This document shows positions 36,353 through 50,282 of a stretch of DNA of 64,000 nt, in pieces. The translations under genes were made by a program, and so were the position numbers. Origin of the DNA: Daphnia carinata (taxonomy: Eukaryota); contig NC_081333.1 in the NCBI RefSeq assembly GCF_022539665.2, positions 3,534,001 through 3,598,000 of the forward strand, in the 5' to 3' direction. The notes beneath the pieces are model-generated. The model did no database searches. It was not told the origin of the DNA and was given only the letters and a program-made list of their open reading frames with translations. Positions within the stretch are counted from its first letter, which is position 1. The number at the start of each line of letters is the position of its first letter.

Positions 36353-39016
36353 ATGACTTGCATCAATTTGGCAACACTCGTTTGCCTTTTCGTCTGTCTC
36401 ATCCAATTAGCAGACAGCAATCCGTACAACAATCAACGGTATTCCGGCCATGCGTTCTCGTCCAGATCGGGTCCTCATGGAAACGGGATCGCATACAGTG
36501 GATCTAGTTATCACTCACTTGGCATCCAGGCAACAGCTCAACAACAACCTCAACAAGGTAAATTCAATCTTTCTTCTTTTATCTCTGAAATTACATTATT
36601 TTTCATCTGGCCGACAATGAAAGGTCGTGCTAATAACGAACAGTACTGGTGGCAAGGATCTCAGTCACCCTTTAGCGAAAGTGCAGCACAAAACAGAGGT
36701 GTTTCTTCGGGAGCTCGAGCTATTGATACATCACGAGCTCACGCCCGTCCCTTAGTTCCTGGTTGTGGTGGAGGAAAGTGTTTTGGAGCTGCTGCCCACT
36801 CCGTAGCAGCATCTAGCTATAGCAACAGTAATGGACAGCAAAACCTCGTCAGCCAGCAGTATCTCCCTCCACCTGCTGTGTCATCCTCTCATTCTGCACA
36901 GGCTTCTCATCAGTCCCAGAATTTGTAAGTTTTATTTTTGAGGTTACCATCATGCATGACGAATCTTGCTTAACGATCCGGCAATGGTTTTGTTCAGTGG
37001 TGGGGCCGCATCTCAAGGTCAGCCTTCTAACGTTTCGCCCTTCCCCGGATGTGCGGCTGCAATGAAATGCGTCACCGAAGAATTTTGCAGTGTTGACGGT
37101 GTTATGGTTAACACACCCGTAAGGCTATCCCCTTACGAAAAGGAACACCTCAGGGTCCCATTGATGGTAATATTCATGATTTTTGCTGCATTTCATTGAT
37201 TGTTAATCTGATTTGTTTTGTTTCTTTCTAAAGGAGTGTATGAACCCCGAGACCAACCAGGAAGGTTTCTGTTGCCGCGACCCATTGTACGAGGATCCCT
37301 GGCCCGCTGATATGCCCATGCCCGGTATGAACAAGTTGCCGACCCAACCAGGTGGTGGTGCATTAAATCGACCTGTTGTCTCGGCATCCGTTGCTGCTGT
37401 GTCATCCAATAACGGCATTCAATCAGTTTCGTCCTTTAACCACGGCCAGTCAAATGGCATTCGACCCACCGTTACAGCCACAGCTGCAGTTTCTACAGGT
37501 AGCAATGGAAGACCAGTGTCAAGTGTAGGTGCTGCTGTTTCTTCATTCAATCAAGCTTCACCCGCTCAGCATGGACAGGCATCTCAACATTACGGCCCTC
37601 CTTCAGGGACCCCATCACAACGACCTTTTAACCAGCAACCCACTGGCCAAGCTCAACGACCTGCCACTGCATACCAACCGCCCACACCGACTTACCAGGC
37701 TTCTCAGAGCCAGCAGCAAACAAAGTAAATTTCACAGAGAGCTATTCAGTGTCATGTTGATGGATGATGCTAATTTTTATGGTTCGCCATTAAAGTACTC
37801 TCCAAGGTCCACCGGCCCCTCCTTTTGCTGGATGCGCAGCTGCTATGAAATGCGTGACCGAGGAATACTGCAGTGTCGATGGTGTTATGGTCAACACACC
37901 TGTGAGGTTATCTCCCTACGAAAAGGAATATCTACGCGTTCCGCTAATGGTACGTTTCTGAAGTCCAATGTCTAATATTCAGAATTTTTTTATTTTTAAC
38001 TAACAAAAATCTTGAAATGTGGTTTTCATCAAAGGAATGTACGAATCCAGAAACTAATCAAGTGGGATTCTGCTGTCGGGATCCGTTGTACGAAGATCCT
38101 TGGCCCGCTGGTATGCCCATGCCAGGTATGAACAAGGCACCCACTCAGCCAGGTGGTGCTTCATTAAATCGACCTGTAGTCGCTGCATCTGTTGCTGCCG
38201 TCTCATCCAATAATGGCAGACCTTCAGTTTCGTCCTTTAACAACGGCCAGTCAAATGTCAACCGACCAACCGTCACAGCCACAGCTGTTGTGTCATCCAG
38301 TAGCAATGGAAGGCCCGTAGTAGCTCAAGGTGCTGCGGTTTCATTCAATCAACAAGGACAGCAGACCAACCAATATTTTATTCCCACTTCGCCGGGCCCT
38401 ACACCAAGACCCGTCAGCCCCCAAGTGGCTGCTGCATCCTATCAACCACCATCGCAGTCCTATTTGCCACCCCCTGCCCAGAAACCCGCCACGCCCCCAC
38501 ACACGGCTTCTGGTTTCAAACCTGCCCGACCTGCATATCAACAGCCAGCACCTTCTTCACACCGACCTACATACCAAGCTTCTCAGAGTCAGACAAAGTA
38601 AAAAGACAATATTCATTTTCTACTAATCAATCACTTATGTATTTATCGCCTGGGTAATATCTAATGGTTGCATACTAACAATTTGTGATGGCAGTACTGC
38701 TTCTACCCTCCAAGGCCCACCTGGTAGTTCCTTTCCTGGATGCGCTGCTGCAATGAAATGCGTGGCTGAAGATTTATGCAGTGTCGATGGTGTTATGGTT
38801 AACACACCAGTAAGGTTGTCTCCGTACGAGAAAGAATACCTCCGTGTTCCATTGATGGTAAAATTTTTTTCATCAGCTTTAACCACATAAAAATTAATTG
38901 ATTCGAATTTTTTTTTTAATTAGGCTTGCCTGAATAAAGACACGAACCAAGAAGGATTTTGCTGCAGAGATCCATTGTACAATGACCCATGGCCAGCTGG
39001 TATGCCCATGCCGTAA
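36353..39016 (+). CDS. Secreted protein with three tandem Scarface-type clip domains (CLIP_SPH_Scar-like) and S/Q/P-rich linkers; no protease-like domain seen
   Basis: Signal peptide MTCINLATLVCLFVCLIQLADS. Coding exons approx. 36353-36557, 36624-36924, 36998-37166, 37233-37724, 37796-37950, 38035-38597, 38695-38857, 38924-39016. Three copies of GCAAAMKCVxExxCSVDGVMVNTPVRLSPYEKExLRVPLM|xCxNxxTNQxGFCCRDPLYxDPWP. TATTTAAA near 36156, Inr TTCAGT near 36193, and a non-coding first exon ending near 36274. Confidence 0.85.
37020..39013 (+). repeat. Intragenic tandem triplication (units start near 37020, 37805 and 38710)
   Basis: Near-identical exon sequence (e.g. gtgtcgatggtgttatggt..aacacacc) with the same intron positions and phases in each unit; the introns are diverged. 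Confidence 0.9.
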
Positions 39017-40189
39017 AAATAACATTGTCGCGAATTTGAAATCGGACCAAGCAACGAGTGGTAACACCTAGCCCAACGAAGCCAATTTTTGACTAACCAT
39101 TTTCTAACGCGTTCAATTACCGTAGTGCTTCTGTCACGTGACGAATTATACACGATTGGTTTTCTTCCAACATTTTGTTGTGCTGTTATAATCTTAGTTG
39201 AGTTTTTATTGCTAAGGATAATAGTTTCCCTCAATCATTTGGTTGAAGGCTTTTTGAGTTCCATCTCAAAGCGTTCTTTGACTGTTGGTCGTGTTAGCAG
39301 CTTATCCGTATTGGGAATCAAATTTCATAGCCTGTAACAAAGGAAAGTTGATCAAAGAATAATGCTGAGGATTACTGGAAAAAGCATTATGGCGTAATGC
39401 CTAAGAAAACTTCTCGTAGCATCAGGATGCCACTAAAGTGCCGAAATGGACGACGCCATCAAACGAAAAGGGATATTTGATTTTTGAATTAGTTTTTAGG
39501 TTTTTTTTATTACCATAAGTAATTTGGGCTCGAATGAAGTAAGTATTTTAAAACATGACCGCTAGGTAACAGCACCTTACTGTCACAGACTTCAATTTTT
39601 TTATGTGTAAAGAAATAATTCACCCGTGGACGTTGCTAATTACATATTTTTAAATTGCTTCATTAATTGCGGTATTGCGGCAACATTCTTGACGCAAATT
39701 TTCTTATTCAGTCACGCTTTTGCATCCGTTGCATAGTGAGCTTTTCGATTACCGATACTTAATAGTTGTTAGCCAATCAACGTTAAAATCGGTCAATGGC
39801 AGTCATTTGTTTTCTGATTTGGCAATGTAGTCGTGAATTTTCAAAGGGGTTAGGGAAGAGAAGAAGGGTTAAAGTAACCAAAATCGTTCTCATTATTTCC
39901 CAACGAACCTACGTAACGATTACGAACATCATTGCATGCTGTCTTCGTTTCTTTATCCTTCCTCATCGTCGCCATCGAACGGTAATTAACTTTTAATTTA
40001 GTCTGTGTAATAATTGTTTACTTCTCGAATCATTGAAAAGTTTTCAATCACGTGGTTTTATGCTTTATTTCTGTGAATGGCCCGATCGCTTTTCTCAACT
40101 CTTGTTATTTGTTAGTCCTTCCAGAGACACGCTTAAAACGCAGCAGTACTATATTCCGAATTCCACATGTATTAATTAGCTTTTCCAGT

Positions 40190-40890
40190 AAGAAATGGTT
40201 CCACCACTGAGTTATAACAAAGGAGCAGCTTGATAGTGAACAGAACGAGTTTCTTTGAAATGCTTCACATGTGGTATCCCATAGAAACTGAAAAGCTATG
40301 CAGGAGATTTGCTAATTAGGATCTTTGGCTATACAATTTTTCAAATATTTGAAGAAACTTGTTCTGCTCTCGTTGCTGCACAACTTCTCTCTCAGATATT
40401 TGTTGGGAAGGAATTGTGTACTGATGACCAAATGCTCTTTGGCCATTTTCACATTCGAATAGACTTGTTTCTCCGAATCATAAGATCATGTGTTAGGCAC
40501 GCCATGCTTGCTTTCAAGTCGAATTGCAGGCAAACCATCTCGTTAGTAGAAGCAGCGAATCATTCATTCACAAAACTAGTTTGATGTCTAGTTCAATAGA
40601 TGCGTATGTTCCACTGATTTCGATCGCCATTTAATCCGTTTACAACCTTACTTGCATGTTGTACTTGGCGTCAGCCAGGAAGTTTGCGTCATAACCAAAG
40701 GACATCAAGTTCTTTTTGCCACTTGTTGACAGCCCATCACAACTGCAAGTAAAGCCACCAGTATTTTTCTTTTCTAGATCAAAGACTGAGGTTGTTCAGT
40801 CTGAGCTTCAAGAACTCTTTGATCAACACATAGCCAAATGTAGTTGATCCTTTGAACAACAAGCAATGGTAGCTATAAAAGGTTTCCACT
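40190..40890 (+). pseudogene. Possible degenerate coding remnant of unknown family
   Basis: Protein-like stretches broken by stops (e.g. FDRHLIRLQPYLHVVLGVSQEVCVITKGHQVLFATC*QP...SELQELFDQHIAKCS*), no homopolymer tracts, flanked by splice-like signals. No recognisable motif. Confidence 0.25.
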
Positions 40891-42983
40891 TCTAGCGTTT
40901 GACTAATATTCTACACGCTATTTATAGTTGCAATCTGGTTGAAACTAAACATGGCACAGATACCTTCTGCAAATTTTTTTGGTAAGAAACAAATTCAATT
41001 ATAAATGCCCCGTGTTTAAACGTGTGCTTCTTGGAAAAACCAATACTGAGTGGGAAATATTCCGCAGGCAGGATCAGCGTAATGATCGTTTTCTCTCCGG
41101 AAACGATACGATCGATCTGCTGCGGAATTCTAGGCGATAATGATCTCACCTTCGGGGCCACTGTGAACGCTGGCTGTGTATACTATCTGATTAGCCATCT
41201 GCAACTTACCGTTTCGTCTTCAGGGTAACTATGAAAAACATTCCGAATGTTTACCAGCCTTGTGCGAAATGTAATTTCACTCATAGGTTTGTTGTATCTA
41301 ACCGCCATTAACTTCGTTCAGGTAGACCCTAGTGAACCTTTGGGAAAAACCAACAAAAACACTATGGATTTTACTCTTACGTTCAAAGTAAGCCGCCTGT
41401 TCTCTTTGTCTCCGGAGAATTAATAGGTCGTTACCAGTTCGTAATTATGTTGTGAAGTCTACTTTTATTTTTGTTGTGAATAGGAATCTTGCGACACGAT
41501 TTCCCACTGGTCTAATTTATCGAACCAAACCGTCCAGGTCCCGGAATTGTCGCAAAGGGGATACTCGCAAAAAAGTCATAACTCCATGGCCATTTTACCT
41601 TTGTCTAAGTGCAATCAGTATGTTAAATCAATATAAAATTTCGTTCGCTTTAAAATCTAACTTAAATTATTAAAATCTTTGTTTTATTGCAGCCGATGGG
41701 AGAAAATGGACCAAATATCCTTTGTATGCGGTCGGCCCACGACCCACGACAACCAGCTAATTTATTTCCTATGTCTGTTCACGATCAACTGAAATCAAGG
41801 TTCGAAATGGAACTTTAAAAAATCATTTTATTATTAGGATTTAACTTTATTTTGACAAAATTGTAGGGGAAGGACAGCCAAATCCGTTGGATTCCTAGGT
41901 CCACGTGTACGACCTTAACTCTCCAGGAGTTGTCATATGACACTAGGGTTCCATTCTGTTGACTGGTGTCATTCGACCTAAGTCATCGCTCATGGGTTGG
42001 CATCTATTACCTCTATGCTATCTAATTACACTTTATATTTCTGCGATACTTGTAATGCAGGCAACTTCCCGAACCTTTTTGATGAAATGGAATCTATCCC
42101 CTATTGTCGGTGCACTTTCTTTTCAAGAAAAATTGACAACGGAATGGTCTTAACGATTTAATTGTCTTTTTTGTTCAGGTGTTTTTCTTGAGAAGTCATT
42201 CGTGTTGGTGTAGAATTACGGCGCTCTGAAAACATGACACGGGATTACGTTACCAATCAAGCTAATTGCTTTGCGAAGCTGCCGACTGAACTGTCGCACA
42301 CTCCAAGGCGCGCATCGCTCAGCCGGATGTGTATACAAATGACTACGAAATAAGGTAAGTCGACGCACAAGTCAAAAAAACAAACATCTGCCTCAAATAA
42401 GGCTCTACAACTTCTAGAGCTACAACTACTGGTTTCTTTACGGTTCTACATACAATTCATAATCTTGATGAGGTTGTTATTTACCCCAGATTAAGAAAGA
42501 AGTCCCACTCATGATGAATGACACCCCAAGACGGAAGAAGCTTGCTGCGCAGAAGAGTCATACGATCTGCTATTATTCATCGCCTTCCTAGGCTCCCCAG
42601 CTGTGAGAGCTAAATACTCGTGCCAAGAAATGGATTTGTCTTGTTTTTTGGCGAATAGCAATTGAAATGCTACTAGATGGCTCTGTTCTTCAGGTCCCAC
42701 TGTACGCGTTCCGAATCAAACGGGCTCCGCATTTGGAGATAGACTGGTGAATCGGCTGCAAACCACGTCAGTTGCAAACGTGCCACCATCACGGTCAGTT
42801 ACGTTGCACCTTATTCAGCAGTTTGAGTTGTTTTCAAACATCGTCCGTGTCTGGCATCTTCGATTGAAACTCTGGCATTTCTGCAGCTCATTGCTGGCTC
42901 TTCTTTGGTGTGGTGCGGTACTGGATGGCATCTCGTGGACTAGGTGCATCCGCCACCATTAACACTTCTTCCATCATTTACCC

Positions 42984-45900
42984 ATGTGTTTCACCATGTC
43001 TTCGGCCATCTCACTCATTATCTTCTTCCTGACCATTACAGGTAAAGAAAAGAAATATTTTTAGCTCAATCTTTCTTTTTAAGAAATGTCCCTTTCTGTT
43101 ACGTCTCCATTGATGATCGGTAATGGCCAACAAAGTGGTGGGCGCGTCTTGAGAAGTTCCTTCCTTAAGTTCCTTTTTTTTTTCCCCATCTCTTTGGGAC
43201 TAGCGCCATTTTCAGTCCTGTCCCGATTCGCGCAAATCGTTCGTAACGTTAAGCCTAAAACGATAGTATCTTGGCGAGATTGACGAGTAGAAATATGGTT
43301 TTTCTTTCAAGTTTTTTCCTATCGTTTTGAAATAAGCGAAAGAAAAAATTGATTTTTTGTAATAGCTTTTTGATGTTATTTCATTATCAATGTACTTCCG
43401 CTACGCTTTTAGCCATCTCCCTTTTCTTTTTCGCAGGATTTCTTCTTAATTGTCTTTATTTCAAAGGCGATAAAGAAAAAGTAACAAGGTCGTATAAAAG
43501 AGCTCCTCTTCCGCCAGAAACCCCGCTTGAACTTTTGATCGCTTCACTCTTCGTCCTTTTTCATCATCATTTTCAAGATTTTTTCCTTCTCTTACCCCTA
43601 TATTTTTTCCCCTTCAAAATCAATTGATTCATCTGAAGAACCGGATCGTTTTTCAGGTTCGTTACGGTAGTACTTAAAGATTTTAAAAGAATTGCGATAG
43701 ACCCGTTTAAAATGTCCGTAGTGGTTTATTAGCGAAAAATCTTTGTAAAAAAAAAAAAACAATTATTTATTATGATTAGCCGAGGCGACTCCTGGCCTGG
43801 TACCAACTGGCGGATAAGAAAAAAAAAAAGCATTTTCACCATACCCATCGATTAATCGATAATTCCTCCCGCCCGGCTTTAATATTGCTACCTTTAACGG
43901 TTGGGGGGGGGAGGAAAACTGTTACATTCCCTTTCTTGTCCAGTTGATCCTGTTGGAACAACTTGCGTTTTTTATTCCTCAATGTTACACGCACGTCCCT
44001 CTGCGGGCGTGTGTCGTCGGCATAAATATCTCCAAACCTCTCGCGTCTGAACTCACGATCCGGCCTTTCTTTTTTGATCACGTTTTAAAAAATCTGAATA
44101 GTCCGGAACTGTCGCTCGTCCCATTCGATACTATGGCAACCCAACACGCGATCTTTGTCCGACGATATTCTAATGTCAAGTAAACCCGCACACGTTTAAA
44201 TTCCCCCCTATATAGTAAAAGGACCAAAAAAAAAAAAAAAATCAAATACCCTGGTGCCATATTATTATTTTTTTTAAGCAGTCCTTCCGGTTTTCTACTG
44301 TTGGATCATCACAAGAAGAAAGAAAAAAATCGTTTGGCACACGATGCGATGGGTGATGTTTCTAACTTCCTGATGTCGCTCCAATGTCACGCGAATGGCG
44401 GTAGGAAAGGGGGGGGGAGGGAAGCTGGGGACGAAACAAATCGCCAACGTCTTGATGGATGATGGCGTCGGTCTCTTGCTGTCGTGCACCAGCCGCAAGA
44501 GTTTTCTGCTAGCGCTTGTCGCGCTGTAGATGGGGATAATTAACTACCACTGGCTATACGATCCGTCAGGGGGGGATGTGCCGATTAATGAAGGGTAGTG
44601 TGTTTCTCTCTCCCCGTCTTTAGGCGGCTTCCCCTCCACCCCACCGTTCATCCCTTTTCTATTGTGCAACTACATCGATATGTACGCAGAGCTAAGAGAG
44701 CGAGTGTATAGAGACAGCTTCAGAAACATAGTTTTTATAGCGTGTGTTTCTCTGTGCTTTTGAAGTCACGTGATTCTCATTAAAGAGCTTTGCATCTCGC
44801 GGTGCCCTGGTTTTGGGTGCTATCAACTGCAGGCCACCATACATCCAACAGGGGTCTTGGTGTACCAGTTAAATTGTACCTATCGATTCACTTCAACCCC
44901 GGCTTGTTTATTTCTTTTTGAGAGTGGCGCCGGCCGATGTTGCAAACCGCTTAGTCGAAAGCAAGTAGATTAATCGAGGCATGAAGATCAAACGCATCGT
45001 TTGATGGTTGCTTAGATTTATCTTGCAGTTAGGGGCGGGATGTTGTCCGGTCGCCTCCACTGACCTTTCTTCCCCCGATCAAAAGGGAGGGGGGGGGGGC
45101 AGGTGATTTTTCAATCTTTTGGCAGCAGGGGTGGGGATGGAGGAGGAGATATGTTTTGATCAAAAAAGATGATGGGCGATTGCACATGCTAGAGTTCGTT
45201 CAATTACGTACACGGACACAAATACAACAATATTGGGACAGGACAATAAGTCTACCTCGGTAACCGCTGCCGTGTTCTCGTTTTTGTGTGTGTGCACGCG
45301 TGCGACGGTTCGGGGAGGGCCCGCAGCGACGATGAAGAAAGTCTGGAACAACAGTGGATAGAAAGAAAAAGCAAAGCTCAATAAAAACTTGGTGGGTTCC
45401 GCCTCGAACTCGCCGTTCGTGACGGGATTGATCAATATCTGAAGGTAGCAACACGGTGAATATCATTATTTTGTGCAACTTACAGCGTAGACAGACAACA
45501 GGGCATGCAAGCAAGAAAAAGAAATCCTTTAGAAAATCAGCGCAAAATTCCAGTACTTATCCTGGAAAGTTGGGGTTTTCGTTGCGTCGTGCGGATTTGC
45601 CTGATTTTCTATTCTTAACGATAACAAAACTTGCATTTTTTTTTTTCTTTTTTTGTTTGTTTGTTGGCTTACAAAAATTGTATTGGTGATTTCTTTTATG
45701 TGTGTTAATATTTAGGTAGTGTTCCAGTAATTTCTGGGAGCGTGAGCAGCGTGACAGATTCGGGACCAATGCTGCAGATTGTTGAAATGCGTGTACCGGC
45801 CGTGGTGGAAGACGGTTCGGCAACGTCTGTCGTCCTCGACTGCGATTACGTTTTGCGTTCGGCCGATAAGAAATCGGAACTGGTCGTCCAGTGGTATTTC

Positions 45901-48878
45901 CAGAACGGCTCCAGCCCCGTCTACCAGTGGATACCGGGCAAACGGCCGCAGGATCTCGGCGTCCTCAAAGGCCGTCTCAATCTCGAGTACCGCGCTTCTA
46001 ACGATCCCTACAAGCGGCACAGGGCCCTGGAGATCCTCAAACCAACCTACGAGCTCAGCGGCGTCTACCGATGCAAAGTGGCCACGGTCGAAGAAGAAGC
46101 CGTTGCGGCCAGGACGATGATCGTTTACAGTAAGTTTTCTTTTCTTTAATTTTATTTTTTTTTATTTTTTGACATTTTACAGTTGAAATTGATTTGACAT
46201 TGCTGAGGGGGGAGGGGGGGTAGTTTACATTGAATAATCGTCATCACAGTGTAGCATAAAATGATGAAGGTAAATGTCGTGTAGGAAACATCCCTCTCTG
46301 CATCATCCATCTGGTACTATGTAAGCTTACTAACTACTTTTTATACCCTGTAGCCTTGTGAGGCAAAAAAATAAAAGGAGGGAGAGGCGGCATGATGAGG
46401 AAGACGCAACGGTCTCTCCGGAGCTATACAGATAAGAGATGTAGAGCGTAGCAGCTGTTGGCTTTCCCTTTGACGCCAAATGGTTCGAAAGCTGAGAGAG
46501 ATGGGTACCGTGAGGAGGGAGGGGTCCGTTTCCGGATGAAAAATATTGGCTCACTTCCCACATCTACATAGTGTCGCCCATCTCCGCTCTTTTGGCTATA
46601 AAAAGAGAGGAAAATTCAAGTAGATATTGAAGAAGCCTACTATGAAAGATGAATCCAAGTTTGGCTTTAAAGATTTAGATGTGTATTATATAGGACGTGT
46701 AGCCTTGTAGGTTGTTGGCGAAAGAAAATAAGAACGGGAGGGGGATGATTCAATGACTTTTCCGGCTATGGTGGACCGTTCATCATTTGTCGTCTTTATG
46801 AACATCTTGTTATTTTTTTTTTTTTTTTTTTTCTTGCTCCTCCTCCCCTGCGTGAGTTTCAATCTCGTTTGTCTTCTTTTCTTATGGGAAAAGGGGTGCA
46901 AAAAAAAAAAAAAACAACAAAAAACAACATAATTTGGCTTAGAGCCTTCAAATTGAAATGCATCAAGTTATGGCGTGAGTCTATATATGCGAACATCAGG
47001 ATGACAAAGTGGTTGTTGGAATGAAAATCATGTGAATGATAGAGGGACTTTATGGAAGATGAAAAAAAGAAGGGGACATGCGCCTGGCAAGGGCAGATGT
47101 GTCGTCCATCTTTTACTGCTTATGTTGTAGAGGTGGAATCTAAAACCATTAGCTTGTTGATGTAGGGCAGATTAAATGATGTACACGTCTCGTCCTCGTA
47201 GTAAAATGTGAACAACTTAATTAATCACCAACTTGATTAATTTTTATTTATCTGTGCGTTTCAGCTCCTGCTCGCAATTTGGAAATATGGCATCAGAAAA
47301 TGTCGTTTGACGCTGTCAACGTGACGTGCAGAGTCGAAGGTATTTCGCCCAGGCCTCGGCTTCAGCTCTATCGCGGTGATCGTCCTGGGTATGTAAAAAT
47401 TTTCTCACTATAATAATTGGGATTTGATTTGTTCTCTCTCCAACAAAAAAAAACATTGCACTTTTTTTTTCCCCCCTATAAGATATGGATGAATCGATCT
47501 TTTGGGCGTGGACGGATCATATGGGAAAGAGAGAAGAAAAAAAAAACGGGGTGTGCAGTTTGTGGGTTTGGTTTTTTTTTTTTGGGGGGGGGGGAGGGGG
47601 GTGATAGATCGTCCATCACTCGATCGTTCGTTGGCCGTCGTTCTATCTGCGGCACCCTGGCGATGATGGGCCATTCTCCGATTCATCTTACTTAACTCTT
47701 TGACTGTCTTGGGGGTGTGCGTGCGCTCTAAGGTTCATTTCGCTTTTACCGTCGCCATCAAAAAAAAAAAAAAAAATCTTTTTTTTTTTTTTTCTATTAA
47801 GGGTCCCGGAGCTTCTTTTCTCTTTTCCAATTTTTTAAATAAAAATATTTTATTTTTATTTTTTTTAAATGATTAATCGACCTCTCTTGTATTTCTAACG
47901 CGTCCAAGGATTAGGGCCTTTTTGTCATTACCGGCGGCGGTGGTGTTATCGTGCGCTGAGAAAGACAATTTTGCCCACCTGGAATATTAGAAATACGGGA
48001 ATAAAAGGACCTTTTTATACGGGTGGGGGTGTAGGTAATACTTTTTCGCTGTCTGGCTGATGGGATCACATCGATATTTTTAGAGGGCTGATGGATTTTC
48101 GGCCAAATGTGGGCCCGCCGGGCATATAGCAGCGGTCGCGGTGACCCAGGTGACGGAATCCCATCTCCGTTCTTTTTTTTTTTTCTTTTTCTTTTTTTTT
48201 TATACAGCGGTGAGCGCCGTTGTACGTGTGTGAGCAATAAATTCGTTGCGAGACAGTTTGGATGTGTAGGACGCGTCCTATATGGCCAACGCCTAATCTG
48301 TAAGGATACAGAATTGGTAGCTCTTGAGCCCGAAGTGGTTCGGAAAGCCCCAAGTCATCGACAAGGAGTTAGTAACCGTTGGGAGTAGTACGCAATTAAT
48401 TTTAACGGCAAAGCCTGAAAGAAAAAAAAAACAAAACAAAAGTTGGGGAAAATATTGGACACGTGATGCGTTTGGGTTCGGTTGACATTTTTTTTTTTTT
48501 TTTTTTTTTTCAAGATTTAAACATGTTCTTGGATGCAAAGAGAAAATCATTTGTTCATGTATCGATTTTAGAGTGGAGATGGAAGGGATGCCAGCCGAAG
48601 TGGTGAATCGACGAGGGCTCTACGACGTGACACTCTATCGGGTCGTACACGACCGTTCTCTCCGCCAAGAGACCATCTTCGAGTGCGTGTTGTCCATTCC
48701 AGCCACGCAGTATCAAATCGCCCGCCGACTCATCTACTACCCAGGTCATTTATATTTTTGCTTTTACCCTTCTTATTTATTTACTTGTCCTTTTTGCTAT
48801 CGACATTCTCTCTCTTGGAAGGGAATAATAATAAGGTAGGCCTGTTGTAAACGTTGATCGATTCCATCGGCTTCCCAT

Positions 48879-48912
<34 letters not shown>

Positions 48913-50282
48913 GCCGGATTGGGAAACTAAAATCCATACTTTCTGAAAGAGAAATTGTGAAAGGCTTTACGGAATCTCTCAATGTTGTACATTCGATGCT
49001 AAAGTCTAATTTTCCGTTATCGGTTTGGTGGGATGGGAAAAAAAAGGGGGGGGGCGCGCATGAAACTAGGAGGTTATTTGAAAAAAATCGAATATTTCCC
49101 GCCATGTTAAACGAATCAGCCTCAGGGCAAGGACTTTATTGAATCCTTTCGCTATTTTCGCATTTTACGTGGCTCTTGTCGTTCGTTCATAAAGAGCAAA
49201 TGAAAAAAACGCGGTTGGTGCGTGGCGAAAGTTAGAAAGTCATTCAAAGTTTTGAAAATTGAACTCCAATTTGAATCGAAATCTTTGGCGAGAGTTTCTA
49301 CCTCCCTTTTCCTTCCATTGAAAATGTTTAAAATTGGATCGATATTGTAAACCGCCCGACGTTTAATGACGAAAAGTTGGGCCCGGGTGGTGCACAAAGG
49401 GGCGGGGATGCGGTTTGAAACTGAAAACAAAAGTTTCGACTTTCGTGTCATTGTTTTCGAACAGAAAAGAAGCACTGCCCCGATCGATATGTAGCAGTAA
49501 AGCAATCACGTCCTTAATTCAATCGTCTTGACTGAAAATGATGTCGATTTTTACGACAATTTTCAAATCGCTATTCGTGCAACTTGTATGTTTAAATTCG
49601 TGGAAAAATGAGGAGGAAATGGGCGTTGTGGGAGGTAAAGGAAGGCGACGTCCTCGATCGCTGGGGCCTCTTTTCTTATATATATATATATATATATATA
49701 AAAAAAAACGAGATCCGTTGAATGCTGCGCTTCCATCGACCTCTGTTGGTTTTTCCTTTCGTAAAGAGGACCCATTCAAAAGCTGTATCACTTACCGTGG
49801 ATACCGGACCGTGAAGCATACTACCCTCCTTTTGATCATTAATTCAACCCAAAAAAAAAAAAAAGAATGTTCTATTTTATTAATTTTTTTCGTTTCTATT
49901 TTATGAAATCATAAAAGACAAATTTGTAGAGATATACCTAAGAACGTTAAAATATCGCTGCGATTTATTTTCGCATCATTTTCTAAACGTTTAGAAAATG
50001 TCAACCTTCACTGCTGTGTTTCTATCGTCTCTCATTTGAATGACAAATTGGAATTATTCACATCACGGCGCTTTAGCTTCTAGTGCTTTTTTTTTTTCTT
50101 TTTCTTTTCGTGTCTTAATTGTTTGATTTATTCACTTTGGTTATTTCTGAAGTGTTCCATTATTTCGAAAATGTGATTTACAATTTATTAAAACTTTTTT
50201 TTTTCTTCTTTTTTCAATTTGTACAGGTCCAGCGCCCATCCGGAGCAGCAGCAGCAGCAGCAGCAGTATGAGTTCAGGTTAG
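42984..50282 (+). CDS. Beaten path (Beat)-like protein with two Ig domains; C-terminus uncertain
   Basis: Exon 42984-43041 encodes the signal peptide MCFTMSSAISLIIFFLTIT. Exon 45716-46129 encodes a V-type Ig (LQIVEMRVP..VVLDCDY..LVVQWY..PVYQWIPG..LSGVYRCKVAT). Exons 47265-47388 and 48572-48744 encode the second Ig (VNVTCRVEGISPRP..GLYDV..FECVLSIPATQY..YYPG). Exon 50227-50282 encodes GPAPIRS8MSSG*. All splice phases match. Inr-like TCAGTT at ~42768 and ~42795. Confidence 0.88.
50243..50266 (+). repeat. Coding (AGC)n microsatellite encoding poly-Ser in the Beat-like exon
   Basis: (AGC)7AGT, read as Ser8 in the frame set by the phase-1 intron. Confidence 0.7.

Noticed and set aside
37020..39013. 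CRISPR-like or transposon repeat
   Set aside because: The repeats are coding exon duplications in a eukaryotic gene.
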